A DNA stretch of 63,440 bases, counting the filler, from Octopus bimaculoides (lineage: Eukaryota), in assembly GCF_001194135.2 (NCBI RefSeq). It is 4 parts of 4 records of this genome, joined end to end, with 100 filler letters (N's around TTAATTAATTAA, not from the genome) between each part and the next. Parts side by side here need not be neighbours in the genome. Positions count along the whole stretch, not along the records: positions 26,594 to 41,613 come from NC_069000.1; positions 41,714 to 55,036 come from NC_068982.1; 2 more parts are not named here. One strand, written 5' to 3'. Below, piece after piece: positions 40,357 to 53,760 of this stretch; within the stretch, counting starts at the first letter, position 1, and every line of letters starts with the position of its first letter. The position numbers and the translations under genes are program-made. Below the pieces are notes generated by a model. That model saw only the letters and a list, made by a program, of their open reading frames with translations. It did not search any database and was not told the DNA's origin.

Positions 40357-41380
40357 CTCGTGTGGCTATCAGTAAAACCGTTTTCAGCGGATACGAGATT
40401 TACTTATCTCCATGTCAACCGGTAGCGAGAGGTGGAACTGCGGTGTTGTTCCGGAGAGGTTTGGATCACAGGATAAGGGACATCTTCCTATACCCAGAAG
40501 GTAAGTAGGTGATCCTGGATGCGAACAGTAGTGACGGGGGCGCTTTTACACTGCTGGTTATTTATGCTCAGAAAAGGGCAGGACAGTCGGGTTTCTTCAA
40601 ACGTTTGGAAGTTTTCCTGAGAATGTCTCGAACTTTAGAATTAATGGGTCACAAGAATGCCATCGTGGACGCACGCTTAGATTCTCTGGGGTTGATTGTT
40701 AGAAGAGTGGGGTGCAAAACCTCGCAAACCTGCCCAGACATTTTCAACTCTTTCATAGGTATCGACTGATTTTCCCGAATGTGCTAGTGTGGAAATGGAC
40801 GAATTGCATCGGGTCATCTAAGTCTTATTTAGATAGAGTATTCTGTGAACCAGATGTTAAGGATACTATAAGTTGTTCACTTTTAAAAATCATCGGATAC
40901 ACAGACTACAAATTTGTGATCTGCACGGCTGGCTTAGATAGACTTCATAGGCAGGGCCCGGTTATTGAACACGTCACTCACGCCGTGCCAAGCTATTTGA
41001 CAAAGCCTTCACCAACATTTTCAAGTCTCACTTGAAATGAAAAGTGAGGTTAGAGAGGGGCTGCCTGCCGGCAATTTTGTTTAGAGTTGGGTGAATGTGG
41101 CAGGAATGGTCTGAGTGAAAGAGCCTACTATAAGCATGCGCCTATACATGATGACAGCAGGGCACTTGCTCTAGTGGTTAGGGTATTTGTGGTTTAGTGG
41201 GATTTCCAAGAGCAGCCCTAGGAAGTCTACTTCTTTTGGGGAATTTTTCGTTGTTAAAATTTATTTTGCTATCGTTATCACTGTTTATACGCTTCATTTT
41301 TATCTAACACCACATCGTATTGTCTTCAACCACACCAACGTATGTTTTGTGAACCTTTAGTAGTTAATTAAAAAAAATTG
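40357..41380 (+). mobile_element. Second tandem Tx1/L1 copy: APE joined directly to the C-terminus and 3'UTR
   Basis: ILDANSSDGGAFTLLVIYAQ, VWKWTNCIGSSKSYLDRVF, GYTDYKFV, then a 3'UTR similar to 15350-15547, ending TTAATTAAAAAAAA. Confidence 0.8.
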
Positions 41381-41395
41381 TTATTATTATTATTA

Positions 41396-41459
<64 letters not shown>
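41381..41459. repeat. (ATT)n microsatellite
   Basis: Directly follows the Tx1 3' end. Confidence 0.95.
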
Positions 41460-41460
<1 letters not shown>

Positions 41461-41613
41461 ATAGAAAGGATTGAGGTAACTCCTCCTGAAGATATAGAGT
41501 TAAAATTAAAAGAAGAGTGCCATTGTTATCTAGCGAACGATATTTCAACATCTTGTGTGTCTTCAAGGGGTTCAAAAAATAAATTTGGCAATCTATTTCA
41601 TTTTGGTTAATAT

Positions 41614-41713
41614 NNNNNNNNNNNNNNNNNNNNNNNNNNNNNNNNNNNNNNNNNNNNTTAATTAATTAANNNNNNNNNNNNNNNNNNNNNNNNNNNNNNN
41701 NNNNNNNNNNNNN
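41614..41713. other. Assembly join marker N44-TTAATTAATTAA-N44
   Basis: Same 100-bp construct as at 26494. Confidence 0.95.
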
Positions 41714-41964
41714 GCTTGTGCGGGTGGCACATAAAAGACACCATTTCGAGCGTGGTCGTTTTCGTGCGGGTGACACGTAAAAGCACCCACTACACTCTCT
41801 GAGTGGTTGGCGTTAGGAAGGGCATCCAGCTGTAGAAACTCTGCCAAATTAGACTGGAGCCTGGTGTTGCCATCCGGTTTCACCAGTCCTCAGTCAAATC
41901 GTCCAACCCATGCTAGCATGGAAAGCGGACGTTAAACGATGATGATGATAATGATGATGATGAT
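41714..41964 (+). mobile_element. SINE/LINE-tail element with (GAT)n tail
   Basis: GGTTGGCGTTAGGAAGGGCATCCAGCTGTAGAAAC...CATGCTAGCATGGAAAGCGGACGTTAAACGATGATGATG; decayed reverse relatives near 42320-42470 and 48230-48400. Confidence 0.7.
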
Positions 41965-42544
41965 TTGAAATAGCATAAGTAAACTGACTAAACTTGTCAA
42001 ATACAAGAAAGGTGAGGAAAAATGGTTACATCCAAAGACAAGTTTATACTGATGATATATGTACATATTAGTTCCTTTGTAAGCATATTTATTGTTGTGA
42101 ATTTCTCCAAAGATTATGACTAAACCACTAAGAAGATCTGAAGAAGGAATTGTACTTCCGAAATATCATTGGACTATAGATAACCAAATTACAACAGGTA
42201 TATAGTCCATTTCTTGTTTTATAGTGCTTTGTTGTACTGTTCTAAACTTTTATTCTTTACATAAGTAATACTTTATGTGTATTTGCTATGGGCACATATG
42301 TGTACATGTAAATATGTCATCATCGTCATTTTAACTGCTACTTTTCTATGCTTGAATAGATCAGATGGAGGTTACTGAGTCAGATTTTCTATGGCTAGAG
42401 GCCATTCTTGTCACCACCAGCCTTCGCATGTTTCCAAGTAGGGTAATATTTCCCCATGTCCAGACATTTCTTTTTTTTTTTTTCTTTTTTTGCAGAATAC
42501 TGGAAATGAATGACACTGCTTGTATGACAGTGGCAATCATTTAC

Positions 42545-43325
42545 ATCACATGAAGTATGGACAAGACACACACACACACACATATATATATACACAATGG
42601 ATTTCTTTCAGTTTCTGTCCACCAAATCCACTTAAAAGATTTCGGTTGGCTCAGAGCTATAATGGAAGACACTTGCCCAAGATGCCACACAGTGGGACTG
42701 AACCCAGAACCATGTGATTGGCAAGCAAACATCTTACCACACAGCCACACTTTATCTATGTATGTGTATTGATGTTTTGTATTGTTCAAGCTTCACATTT
42801 TCATAAAAATGAATTAAAAAACAAAAGCATCTGTAGTAGTTTTTCATTTTTTTTCTCTAAGAGCAGTTTATTGAATATTTCTTTAACCTCACAGTAGAGG
42901 ATTGGAATCGATTTTCTTTAACTTTTCCTTGCTCCAGTCATTGGACTACAGCTATGCTGGAGCACCAACTTGAAGGGTTTTAGTGCAACAAATCAACCTC
43001 AGTATTTACTTGTTCGTTTTTTTAAAAATTCTTCTACTTATTCTATCAATGTCTTTTGCCAAACCACTAAGTTATGGGGACATAAACAAACCTATATTGG
43101 TAGACATGCATTAGAGTGAGGGCAAGGACATACACAGACACAAAGACACACACATATGTATATAAAATGTGCTTCCACATAACTTCCATCTACCAAAATC
43201 ACTCATAAGGTTTTGGTCAGCCTGGAGCAATAGGAAAAGACATTTACTAAAGTTCTACACAGTGGGGCTGAACCTGAAACCCCATGGTTGCAACTCGAGG
43301 TTTTTAAATACACAGACTTGTCTAC
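42545..43325 (-). mobile_element. Two CpG-decayed SINE family B reverse copies (42545-42750, 42925-43325)
   Basis: GAAGACACTTGCCCAAGATGCCACACAGTGGGACTGAACCC and related motifs. Confidence 0.75.
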
Positions 43326-44486
43326 ACCTATAACCACACATCCACACCAGCTTTATTGGTTTATTGCATTCATTTCATATGATAATTTATGTTCAACGGT
43401 GTTAAACGCAGACTTCCAGTGGGCCATTGGTTCACAGCAAGTGAGAGAGCAAGAATAACATTGGAGTTTTTTCTTCAATGCTACATAAATGTATCAATTT
43501 CAAGCAATCTCCTGTTACAACAAAGTAGGAGTAAAGCTTTTTATTCTTGAATAAAAATCTTATTATCTTTAGTGCCTTACTGGAAATTAGCATCTATACT
43601 TCCATCTGTTATCTAACTAGATTGTCTTTTATCTTGCTGATAACCATCTTGTACTAACATCTGTATAAATCTGATTTATAGTTACTATTTTCTGTTAGTT
43701 CTACCACAACTCTGGTTACAAACTTCTGCTGTTTACATAAGATAGACAGACTAACAAATAACCTTCAATGTTAAGCATAGGCAACCTTTTCCATGAAGCA
43801 GGCTATGTGAGACATGGCTTTTCATCAGGTGGGCCACACTAGTAACAAAATTCCAAGGTAATTTTTCATTTAGACATGCAATTCAGTAAGTCCTGTGGGC
43901 TACATGTTGCCAATGACTGTTCTGTGTGGTCAAATAGCCTACTATAAATAACAGCATTACTTTAAAAAAAAATGAAAAAGTACATTGAATAGTATAGTCT
44001 TAGATACAATATTCCTGAAAACAAGAAGAGGCTTTCACTGTTGCAGAGCTTTTATTCATAGATCTGATTACTCAGAACTGGCTTTGAGATAAACAGTGAC
44101 AACAACACAAGAGAGACTTGTGAATTGCCTTGCAAAAATATCATTTGCAAAAACCGTTAAGAAGTCATGAGAAATAGTAAGAAACTCAAGAGAGAGCTGA
44201 ACTGCAGAAGGTCCTCAGAAACCTTATGAAAGTGTTTCAACCCTTGACTCTTACATTCTAAGCAGGCCAAGCCACATCCAGGTCATGACTCCTGAATACC
44301 CTTCTGACTCTACATTCTGTGCTACTATCTGCATTGCAGTCCTCCTGGATGGCTAATGTGCCATAGAGTCAAGGAACCGTGGGTGTTCTAACCAGTTCAG
44401 TCTGAGATGTCAGAAATTATCTCACATATCAACTAACACCTGATAAGATCTACTGCAACAACAACAATTATCTTCATCATCACCAT

Positions 44487-44697
44487 ATTGGTTTCAAATT
44501 TTGGCACAAAGCCAGCAATTTCAGGGAGGGGGGTAAGTCAATTACATTGACTCCAGTACTCAACTGGTACTTATTTAATCGACCCTGAAAGGATGAAAGG
44601 TAAAGTCAACCTTGAGGGAATTTGAGCTCAGAATGTAAAGATGGGCAAAATGCCGCTAAGCATTTTGTCTGACATGCTTATAATTCTGCCAGTTTGC
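44487..44697 (-). mobile_element. SINE family A, CpG-decayed
   Basis: AAAGTCAACCTTGAGGGAATTTGAGCTCAGAATGTAAAGATGG versus GTCGACCTCGGCGG..AACGTAAAGACGG in the unmethylated-looking copies. Confidence 0.85.
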
Positions 44698-44879
44698 AAC
44701 TGGCATCATGTTCATCATCACCTCTTTCCAAGTGTTTACTGGTCTTTCTTTGTCTCAGATTTTCCTGTCAGTATAAAGCAATTTTTTGCACAATACTGGT
44801 AATGAAAACCATACTGAAATAATTCTATTTTCCTCAATATCTTTAGTTTACGAAAAGGTTGGGAAATATACACTGAGAA

Positions 44880-45040
44880 AGTACTCAAAGTATTTAAGAT
44901 TTAGGAAGAAAATAAGCTACTTATATGAGATGCAGTTCAGGTTAGTACCAGGACAGAGTATTACCAATGCTATAGCTAGTGAGATAATGAGTGTTCTTAG
45001 CTTAGATCAGAAGACAGCTTCTGACAGGAACCAGGTGTAA
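44880..45040 (+). mobile_element. Possible RTE-clade reverse transcriptase remnant
   Basis: YEMQFRLVPGQSITNAI..DQKTASDR resembles the RTE pattern QFGFVPGRSTTDAI..DLEKAFDRV. Confidence 0.45.
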
Positions 45041-46970
45041 ATAGAAGGCTAGTGAGAGCCAAGCAAATCTTAAAGAGGATGACAAAAGACAGCAACAAGT
45101 GTAATGATGCTGGGTTGACAAAGAGCAGTCCAACCCATGCAAGCACAAGAAGACTGATACAAGATGATGATAATAATGATGATGATGATGATTGCCACCA
45201 CAACAACCATCAGCATATTGCCCACATGAGTAAACAGTGTATCTATGCTTAAAATAACTTGAGCAACTATTTTGAGCTAAGTGTCTTTACTGTAGATACA
45301 CAGTCACTTTGGTGACTATACACACTGCTTATTCTTTGATTAGTAAGTCATCACACAGTAATTTTTTTTTTCAGCAGCAACTCTCCTAATGCCAATATTA
45401 AAATACTGATAATTAATATCATGATCAGATTTAACATCAACTTTTTACATACAAAAAGAAAAAAGAAAATAAAGTTCAAAGCTATGACATTAGAACTAGT
45501 TTCTCTTTACTTTTATATACATTTATTTTTCTGCTCTACTGAAAAGCAATATCTGCAACGATCTATAAAAGGTAAATTAGAAATTGTATAATGAGACATT
45601 AAGCTATACATAAAAATTCTACCAAATTTATTGTATGTATTAGATATATATTATGAGGAAAAAATAAAAAATGCTGAAATTACAAAGCAAGTAAAATATA
45701 ATTCCAAGAGACATATCTACATGACATTGCTATGACCTTAACTGTTATAAAATAAAGTATTGAAGAAAACTTGATGTAATTGTAAGTTATTCGAACACTA
45801 CAGAATTTACAAGTAAATTGAGTTTACTGTACATCTGATATATTATTCTCATTAATCACAATTATTTCCACTATTTCTTGTTTATCCCAACGATGTGATA
45901 ACTTGAAATGTTTCTGCATGTATAACAAATAATTAAATTTTCAAAAAAATTAAAAAGAAAAAAATATGATTCTAAAATAACCAAAGTAGATTTCTACTCA
46001 CTAATTGCTACTTAATTGCTATTTGCATTTTTTTTTCTATATTAATTTTAGTTTAGAATGAAATGAAAAATCCTATAACACATTAGTTTACATTACTCTC
46101 ATGTAACCTAATCTTTTCTCTATGCATGAGTGTGTGTTTGTGTGGGCATGCATATATAAGTCAGTGTGTGTATTTGTGCATGTGATGATGTGTATGTGTG
46201 TATTAATTCAAATTCTTAATCTGAAACTTTCATTTAAAACCTTTAATTGTGTTCTCCATTAAAGCAATTGCATGGCTGCACTGATGTCTTCCACTTTCAT
46301 AATAAAGATTGACCGTCTTTAGAATAAATCATTCAACAATTAGATGTTAGCTAGAATTACAACAAGTACAACTTTATTTATATATATATATATATATATG
46401 TACAGATATATATATGCATACAAATATATATATTTGCATACACACACACATATATTCGTATACATACATACATTGACTGAAGTTGTAACAATGTAACCTA
46501 TAATATATGCAACACATAATACATATACATCAGGATCTCTACTCTATTCTGCTAATCAAATCTACCAGTGACCTTGCAGTTATAGAGATGCTGAATATGA
46601 GGTGGTGATTTAATGAATGAAATCAAGCATGCAAGAAAATAATGGAAACAAACAACTGGAAAAAAAATAAAACATGAAAATATAAAAAATAAATCTAAAA
46701 AAAACAATTTTAGTGGCAATGAAACAGAACTAATTTTTCCATCAGACATAAGAAGTTGCATCAACTTATTTAACATGCTTGTTAGAAAATTTCTTCAAAA
46801 ATTTTATCTCAGACTCAATTGCTTTGTTGTAGTATTGATACTTCATTATAAAAACTACATGAGTACAACTGCTTTTTCTCCTGGTTAAATCTAATTCTAT
46901 GTAATTTTTTTATTATTACTATTTATTTATTATTATTAGTAGTAGTATTACTATTATTATCATTTTTTAA

Positions 46971-47385
46971 GGTAGTGAATAGGCAGAATTGTTAGCATGC
47001 CGGGCAGAAGGCTTAGCGGCATTCTGTCTATCTTTATGTTCTGAGTTCAAATTCTGCTGGGGTCAACTTTGCCTTTCATCCTTTGAATTTTGAAAAATAA
47101 GTACCAATCGACTTAACCCCTTCCCCAAAATTTCAGGCCTTGTGCCCATAGTAGGAAAGATTATTGTTATTATTATTATTTAAGGCGGTGAGCTGACAGA
47201 ATCGTTAGCACATTGGGTGAAATGCTTAGTGGTATTTCATCAGCTGCAACGTTCTGAGTTCAAATTCCACCAAGGTTGACTTTGCCGTTCATCCCTTTGG
47301 GGTCGATAAATTAAGTACCAATGAAACACTGGGGTCAATGTAATCGACTGATTCCCACCCTCCAAATGTCAGGCCTTGTGCAAAC
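46971..47385 (+). mobile_element. Two tandem SINE family A copies separated by an (ATT)n tail
   Basis: GGCAGAATTGTTAGCATGCCGG... and GGCGGTGAGCTGACAGAATCGTTAGCAC..., both with TTCTGAGTTCAAATTC. Confidence 0.9.
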
Positions 47386-48541
47386 TTTTTACTCCACAGC
47401 AACACCTATATCCATATACATGTATCACCGTGTTGACCAGACTATTGGATGTTGTTATACAATGCTGATCACAATGCACTTCCTTTCATTGTTGTAGCTT
47501 TCAAATGACCCTACACCCTCTTGGTTAGGTTGGAAGGCCAACATTCCTCAGTACAGAATATCATTCCATTATAGGGTTACCCATTCACAGCAGAGTGGAC
47601 TGGATCAAAATGATAACTGTTTTGCTCAGGAACGGAAGCACTACCACTCTGGGAATCGAAACCATGATCTTATGATTATGAGTGCAACACTATAACCACA
47701 AGGTCATGCACCTTCATACACACACACATTTCCAGTACATTATCTTCAGGTTTTGCTACTAGAAGATTTTCATTAGTGTTGAAGTTCAGAGAAAATATTG
47801 TCATTCAACCCATTCTGTGTGTATGTGTTTGTGTGTGTGTGCACACACTTGAAATGAGACACTGTGCATTCACGTGTTCTAGGTTTGCATTTCTCAATTA
47901 GAGTGTCATTGTAAGGGATTTGGCTGATTTTGGCAGGTCAAGCGACTGTGCGGAGTCTCTTTATCACCTTATTAGTTACCATGTTATGAAGCATTGTAAT
48001 GGAGGATGTGATGAATGGAGCATATTAAAACTGACAGATTTTATTGGTGTTAATAAATGAAAAAATTGACAAGTTGAATGAATATGGCAGATGAAGGTTG
48101 ACTTGTCGTAGCTTGTTCGAACAGTTGAAAGCAAATTTGGAGGTAAATTGATTACAAACATTTTAGTATTCTTGGTAGAACTGAAGCTGGTCATGCCTCA
48201 TGTTTCTTAGAAGAAAAAAGGAAATATCATCATTGATGTTGTCATCAATGTCATACAACATCCAAATTTCCATACTTGCATGAGTTAGATGGAATTTGTT
48301 GAGGCAGATTTTCTATGGCCAGGTGCCATTCCTGTCACCAACCCCTACACTCTAGTTTCCAAGCAAGGAAATATTTCCTGAGACCAGACATGTCTTTAAC
48401 AGAAGAGTGGAATCAAATGACATTACTTCTATACCTAGTTATTAGAGTGTTGCACTCATCATCACAAAATTGAGGCATTGATTCCTGGACTGGATGATGC
48501 ATTGTAGTGTTGAGCAAAACAGTTCATTTCCCATTGCTCTA

Positions 48542-48777
48542 CTAATCATGGTCAAAAATCAGGAACAATTTTTTAAAATTAAATTAAAATTGTTATGCCC
48601 TATATATGCTCCAACCAAATCTAACTTTGGGCATTTAATATAAAGATTCTTATTTTCAGAACTATGTTCCAAACTTTTGACCAAGTCATAACACATTGCA
48701 AATGAAATATAACTTTGGGCATTTAATATAAAAATTCTATTTTTTAGACTTATGTTCCAAACATTTGGCCATGACTG
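48542..48777. mobile_element. Tc1-type MITE nested in a V-domain-like SINE
   Basis: Ends ATCATGGTCAAAAATCAGGAAC and GTTCCAAACATTTGGCCATGACTG+TA; the host SINE rejoins as TTGCTC-TA-ATTCACTCAGCTGTAAATGAGTAACCCTACAATGGACTGGC. Confidence 0.7.
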
Positions 48778-49710
48778 TAATTCACTCAGCTGTAAATGAG
48801 TAACCCTACAATGGACTGGCATCTCATTCAAGAGGAATGATGTGATTTTGGTCACTTTTATGCCATAGAAGTTGTGTAACTGGCCCTACGAGACTTAAGA
48901 ATCAAGACAGAAATGTCTAGGGATTTACTACTTCCATTTTCATCCTAAAAGACATTAGAAAGCAGTTGTTTTACCTCTTTTTAGCACACTCCAAACATTT
49001 GGTTTTGGTTTATTTATAATTTTTGTCACAAATTCCTGACTTGCCTTCATTTTTTAATATTTAATTTAATTCAATTTGATTTTATTATTTTTGCCTTATT
49101 TCTTGCTATATTCTATAAAATTTTTAAAAGAAGACATTTGAAACAAAGGCTATAATTTTTCTTTATTTATTAAGTTTTGAAATGACTTAAAAATTGCATC
49201 ACATTTTAAGAGATCTATTAAATCACGATGTATTTAAATGTTTCAAAGAAAATAAAGAGTAAAACTTTTAATAATTGCTTAAATTGGAAGAATAAAAAAA
49301 AAAACCTTGTTTTGTGCTTTAGTTGAATTTATGAGAAACAGTAAACACAAACCAATGAAATTGAAATGTAACGTAAATTATTTTCCTTCCCCTAAGATAT
49401 AAATTAGTAGCTTCCTTTTGTTAAAAAGTGATTTGCAGCTCAAATGTCTTATTCAGCACTGAGAAAAAACATTCTTCACATTAAATTTAGAAAACAAGTA
49501 TTCTAGTATGTCAAAAATAAGTTAAGTATCAGATCTGAATCTGAAACTAAATGGAAATGTTTGATATAAATTTAATCAAATGATTTACTTATGTAACACA
49601 ATAAGCTGAAATAAGTGACATTGGAATCTTTATTTAGTGATTTTAAAATTTACCAAAATGATCAAACAAAAACTTGGTTCATTTAGAGAAGGGTTTTTGT
49701 CTTTCTGAAT

Positions 49711-49917
49711 ATTGGTTTCAAATTTTGGCACAAGGCCAGCAATTTCAGGGGGAAGCGTAAGTAATTACATCAACCCCAGTGCTTAACTAGTATTTATATT
49801 ATCAGCCCTGAAAAGATGAAAGGCAAAGTTGACCTTGGTGGAATTTGAACTCAGAATCTAAAGATGGATGAAATGCTGATAAGCATTTTAGCCCAACATG
49901 CTAACGATTCTGCCAGG
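49711..49917 (-). mobile_element. SINE family A, CpG-decayed
   Basis: AAAGTTGACCTTGGTGGAATTTGAACTCAGAATCTAAAGATGGATGAAATG. Confidence 0.85.
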
Positions 49918-50358
49918 AACTGAGACTTATTAAATACTCTGTAATATTGGCACCATAATAACAGTAAACAGTACTAAAGAGGGTAAATAAATATATTGAT
50001 TATAAAAGGTAGCATCAAAGATACTTAAAGAGTGTGTTAATTTATTTTACTCTGCATTCTTTGTTTCCAACTTTCCAGACAATGTCTAAATCAAATATAT
50101 GATTGTTACTGATAAAGCTAAACACATTTTAAAACTTTATTTTCTTGAATGTCATTTTAATTATTCACTTTTACTTAATAAGCCACAATTTTTTTTCCAT
50201 AATTATAATGTTAGTTTTTCTTTGATGTATTTTAATATAATTTATTATATTGAAGTATTTTAGAGGTGTACTTTCTTGGCAAGTGATTTGATCTGAGACT
50301 GCGGGTTGAAATTAGAATGACTACAACTTAGAAGGCAGACATTCAAAAACACGCGAAA

Positions 50359-50790
50359 GGTGCAGGTGTGGGTGTGTGGTAAGAAGCTTGCTTCGCAACC
50401 ACATGGTTCTGGGTTCAGTCTCGTTGCGTGGCACCTTGGGCAATAGCCTTGGGCCAATCAAAGCCTTGTGAGAGGATTTGATAGATGGAAACTGAAGGAA
50501 GCCTGTCATGTATCTATAAATATATATATATATATGCGTGTAAGTACTATGTATGTATTTAGGTGTGTGTGTGTGTATGTATGTCTTTGTGCCTGTCCTC
50601 TTCCCCATCACTTGACAACCAATGTTGGTGTGTTTATGTACCCGTAACTTAGCAGTTCAGCAAAAGAGACTCATAGAATAAATACCAGGCTACAAAGAAT
50701 AAGTTCTGGGGTCGATTAAATTGACTAAAAACCCTTTAAGGTGGTGCTCCAGCATAGTTGTAGACAAATGACTGGAACAAGTAAGAAAAT
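50359..50790 (+). mobile_element. SINE family B with internal (TA)/(TG) tract
   Basis: GTGTGGTAAGAAGCTTGCTTCGCAACCACATGGTTCTGGGTTCAGTC...GGTGGTGCTCCAGCAT. Confidence 0.9.
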
Positions 50791-52435
50791 AACAGGCTGC
50801 TAACTTCACTTAAACATTTATCATTTGGTGCCAAAATTTTTGTTGCACTACCTCCAGATGCCATGGAATTATATCAGTGACCACGTTAGTGAGTGTGACA
50901 AAAATTTTGACAACAAATAATAAATGTTTACTCAAAGTTAACAGTCTTCAGGTATTTTTGAATGGCCAATATGCATTCCTCTATGCTGCAATTGTTAAAC
51001 TGAAGTAAATCTCTACAAATGAGTGTTACAATGGTGGTGGTAATAATGATGATAAGTTGAAAAACGTTAAAAAGTATATATTAGCAAGAGAGGCAGTATT
51101 AATACTGAGTGGTAATGTTTAGCTCCACTTAAACTTGGATGTTCTGTTAGAACAAACCATACTGCTGTAGATACCATGAGAGAAACTCTCATATAGGCTT
51201 TTGGTGCAAACTGCACTCTAATTTATATTGGTAGTGGGGAGATAAATCCCTACCATTTCCTGCACTGAGACCACCAGATCACATGAATTCGATCTTCCTT
51301 GGTCTTGTTGATGATGAATGCTTGACCACTAGAGATAGCAGCAACTCATCTCCCACCAACGTTATATAGAAAAACATTGCCAATATATCTGCACAACTCT
51401 GAAATATGAAAAAGTTTGCTTGAACTATTCTTTTATTCTTTTACTTGTTTCAGTCATTTGACTGCAGCCATGCTGGAGCACCATCTATACTAAGTTTCCT
51501 TTGCCTTTTTTTTTTTTTTTGTAAAACAATATTAGTTTATACTTTTACCTTTCAGTTCCCTTCTTTATTCTACTTTAGAACCATTTGCAAAAGCTGTTAT
51601 ATATGTGTTTATCATTTGTATAGTAGAAGAAGCATTTATACATTTATACATTTAACTCATTTTTGCAGTGTTTTGCTAATGTTTGTAAAATGTAAACCAA
51701 TTAATGTTTTCATTTTTATACAAACATTAAAGTTCCATTATAGAAAATAATGGAAAAGATAACTTAAATCTGAAACATATACTAAAATATTAAAGATATG
51801 TCCAAGAACTTTTATGACAATAAAAGATCTTGGATATTAATGCAGGATATCACTATTGTACCTATACACTTTTTTAGTTTAATTTTGTTTATCTTTTGTT
51901 ATTGTGATAGAAGTTTATGATATTTAAGGAAGATAAGAAAATGGTGTTTACAGAAAAAAATGAGTGTTGTATTAAAGGGAAAAGGCGTAAGTAAAAATAA
52001 GATGTAAGAAATAAAAACTTTAAAAATTTGCCATTAGTATAACAGGACAATTGATTTTTATTTGATCAGTTGTTTATTTTCTTTCCATTAAGAAAGCAGA
52101 CATAAACCTTGCTCCAAATGAAAAAACAAACAACTTAATTCCTGCCTTAGGGAGAAAACTACACATGAAATTCATGCCATACGTTTAATATTTTTTGCAT
52201 CATCCTAGCAAAGCATATATGGAATGTAGAAGAATAACATTGTCATTATGGTTATTAATCTAAGAAAGCAACATAGCAGAACTTTAAAAAAATACAGGGA
52301 AGAAATAAAACAAAGATATCCTAATTTGATGACAACTGGTTTAAAATATGACTGAGGAAACATCTCTGGATATTACTAAGGCAAACATTTGTTGATAGTG
52401 TTTGGGTTAATGGATCTAATATTAAAATAAAGGAA

Positions 52436-52625
52436 GGCAGCAAAGCTGGCAGAATCGTTAGCAAGCCAGACAAAATTCTACATGGCATTTTTATTTATCT
52501 TTATGTTCTTGATACAAATTCCACAGAGGTCAACTTTGTCTTTCAACCTTTCAGGATCAATGTAATCAACTAGCTCCTTCTCCCCCAACATTTCAGGCAT
52601 TGTACCTATAGTAGAAAGGAATATT
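52436..52625 (+). mobile_element. SINE family A, CpG-decayed
   Basis: AAGCTGGCAGAATCGTTAGC..GAGGTCAACTTTGTCTTTCA..GTACCTATAGTAGAAAGG. Confidence 0.8.
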
Positions 52626-53009
52626 AGAATAAAGGAATAAACATATCACCTTCAATGCATGATTATAATAGCTATACAATATTTAACTGTGGACACCATA
52701 GAAAATATTGTTTTCATATGGTTCATCTAAGCTAAGTTAATCTTGCTGAGCTCATTGTTACAGAAAATTATATACACTAGATAATTTAAATACAGCAAGT
52801 TTTTAAAAAAATGTAAGCTTTGCAACTGTAAAGTGAATCATGCCTCGTTCTCCCATTTGTTCTTGGATGCAAAGCAAATTCAATATTGTACAAATGTTTC
52901 TTGATTTGGTTGTAAGGACTGTCCTTATTATGTTCATAAGACAACTGTTATCATATATTCTCCCTGTGTTAATTATTTAATAAAGAATTAATTATCGATC
53001 TCATTCATA

Positions 53010-53760
53010 GGCACAGGAATGGTTGTCTAGTGAAGAAGCTCATTTTGCAACCCTTTTTCAGATTCAGCTCCAGTGTATGTTATCTTGGGCAAGTGTCTTC
53101 TATAGCTAGAGGTTAGCAAATGCTCTGTAAGAGCATTTGGTTAATGGAAATTGTGTGAAAGCTCATTGTGTATGTGTGTGTGTATGTATGTGCACATTTG
53201 TTTTGTGTTTGATTTTGTCCCTCAACTGCTTGTCAAACAGGGTTGTTGTACAGCCTTGTAACTTAAAAGTTTGGCAAAAAAAGATCAGTAAAATAAGTTC
53301 AAACTGGAGAAAATAAGTACTGGGATCGATTTGTTTGACTAAACCTGTGGTTCTCAACCAGGGTCCATATCGTCCATGAAGGTCGTATAAGATTATCAGG
53401 GCCCACACAACAAAATAATAAACTAGGAATCCACAATAGTATTTTAAGGACCTCTGAAAAAGTTTTGCTTTAGACATATATATTAGTATTAATAGCAATG
53501 AAACAGCTAGGTTTCTTTCTCTAACGTATTACACAGTTCAACCTACACAAGTTAACGTGTCTGAAACGAAATAGGAATTTTGAAAGAAGTGTTTATAAAA
53601 CTAGTTTTTAAACAACAAATGGTTAGGGGGCGAGGTCCACCAGAATAAGTAATAACTAAAAGGGTCCATAGATAAGAAATGGTTGAGAACCCCTGGGCTA
53701 AACCATTCAAGACGGTGTCTAAACATGGCCACAGTCCAATGATTGAAACAAGTAACAGAA
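53010..53760 (+). mobile_element. SINE family B interrupted by a hAT MITE
   Basis: Head GGCACAGGAATGGTTG..CTTGGGCAAGTGTCTTC; the 3' end resumes after the MITE (CATGGCCACAGTCCAATGATTGAAACAAG). Confidence 0.8.
53345..53695. mobile_element. 351-bp hAT (Buster/Charlie-type) MITE
   Basis: TIRs CTGTGGTTCTCAACCA and TGGTTGAGAACCCCTG; 8-bp TSD GACTAAAC/GGCTAAAC with a central TA. Confidence 0.92.

Noticed and set aside
42168-42210. GGACTATA...TATAGTCC hairpin as a pre-miRNA
   Set aside because: The stem is too short and does not extend to pre-miRNA length
43340-43760. Several minus-strand AG/GT-bounded segments as exons
   Set aside because: In-frame stops or weak splice sites in every consistent frame, and no recognisable peptide
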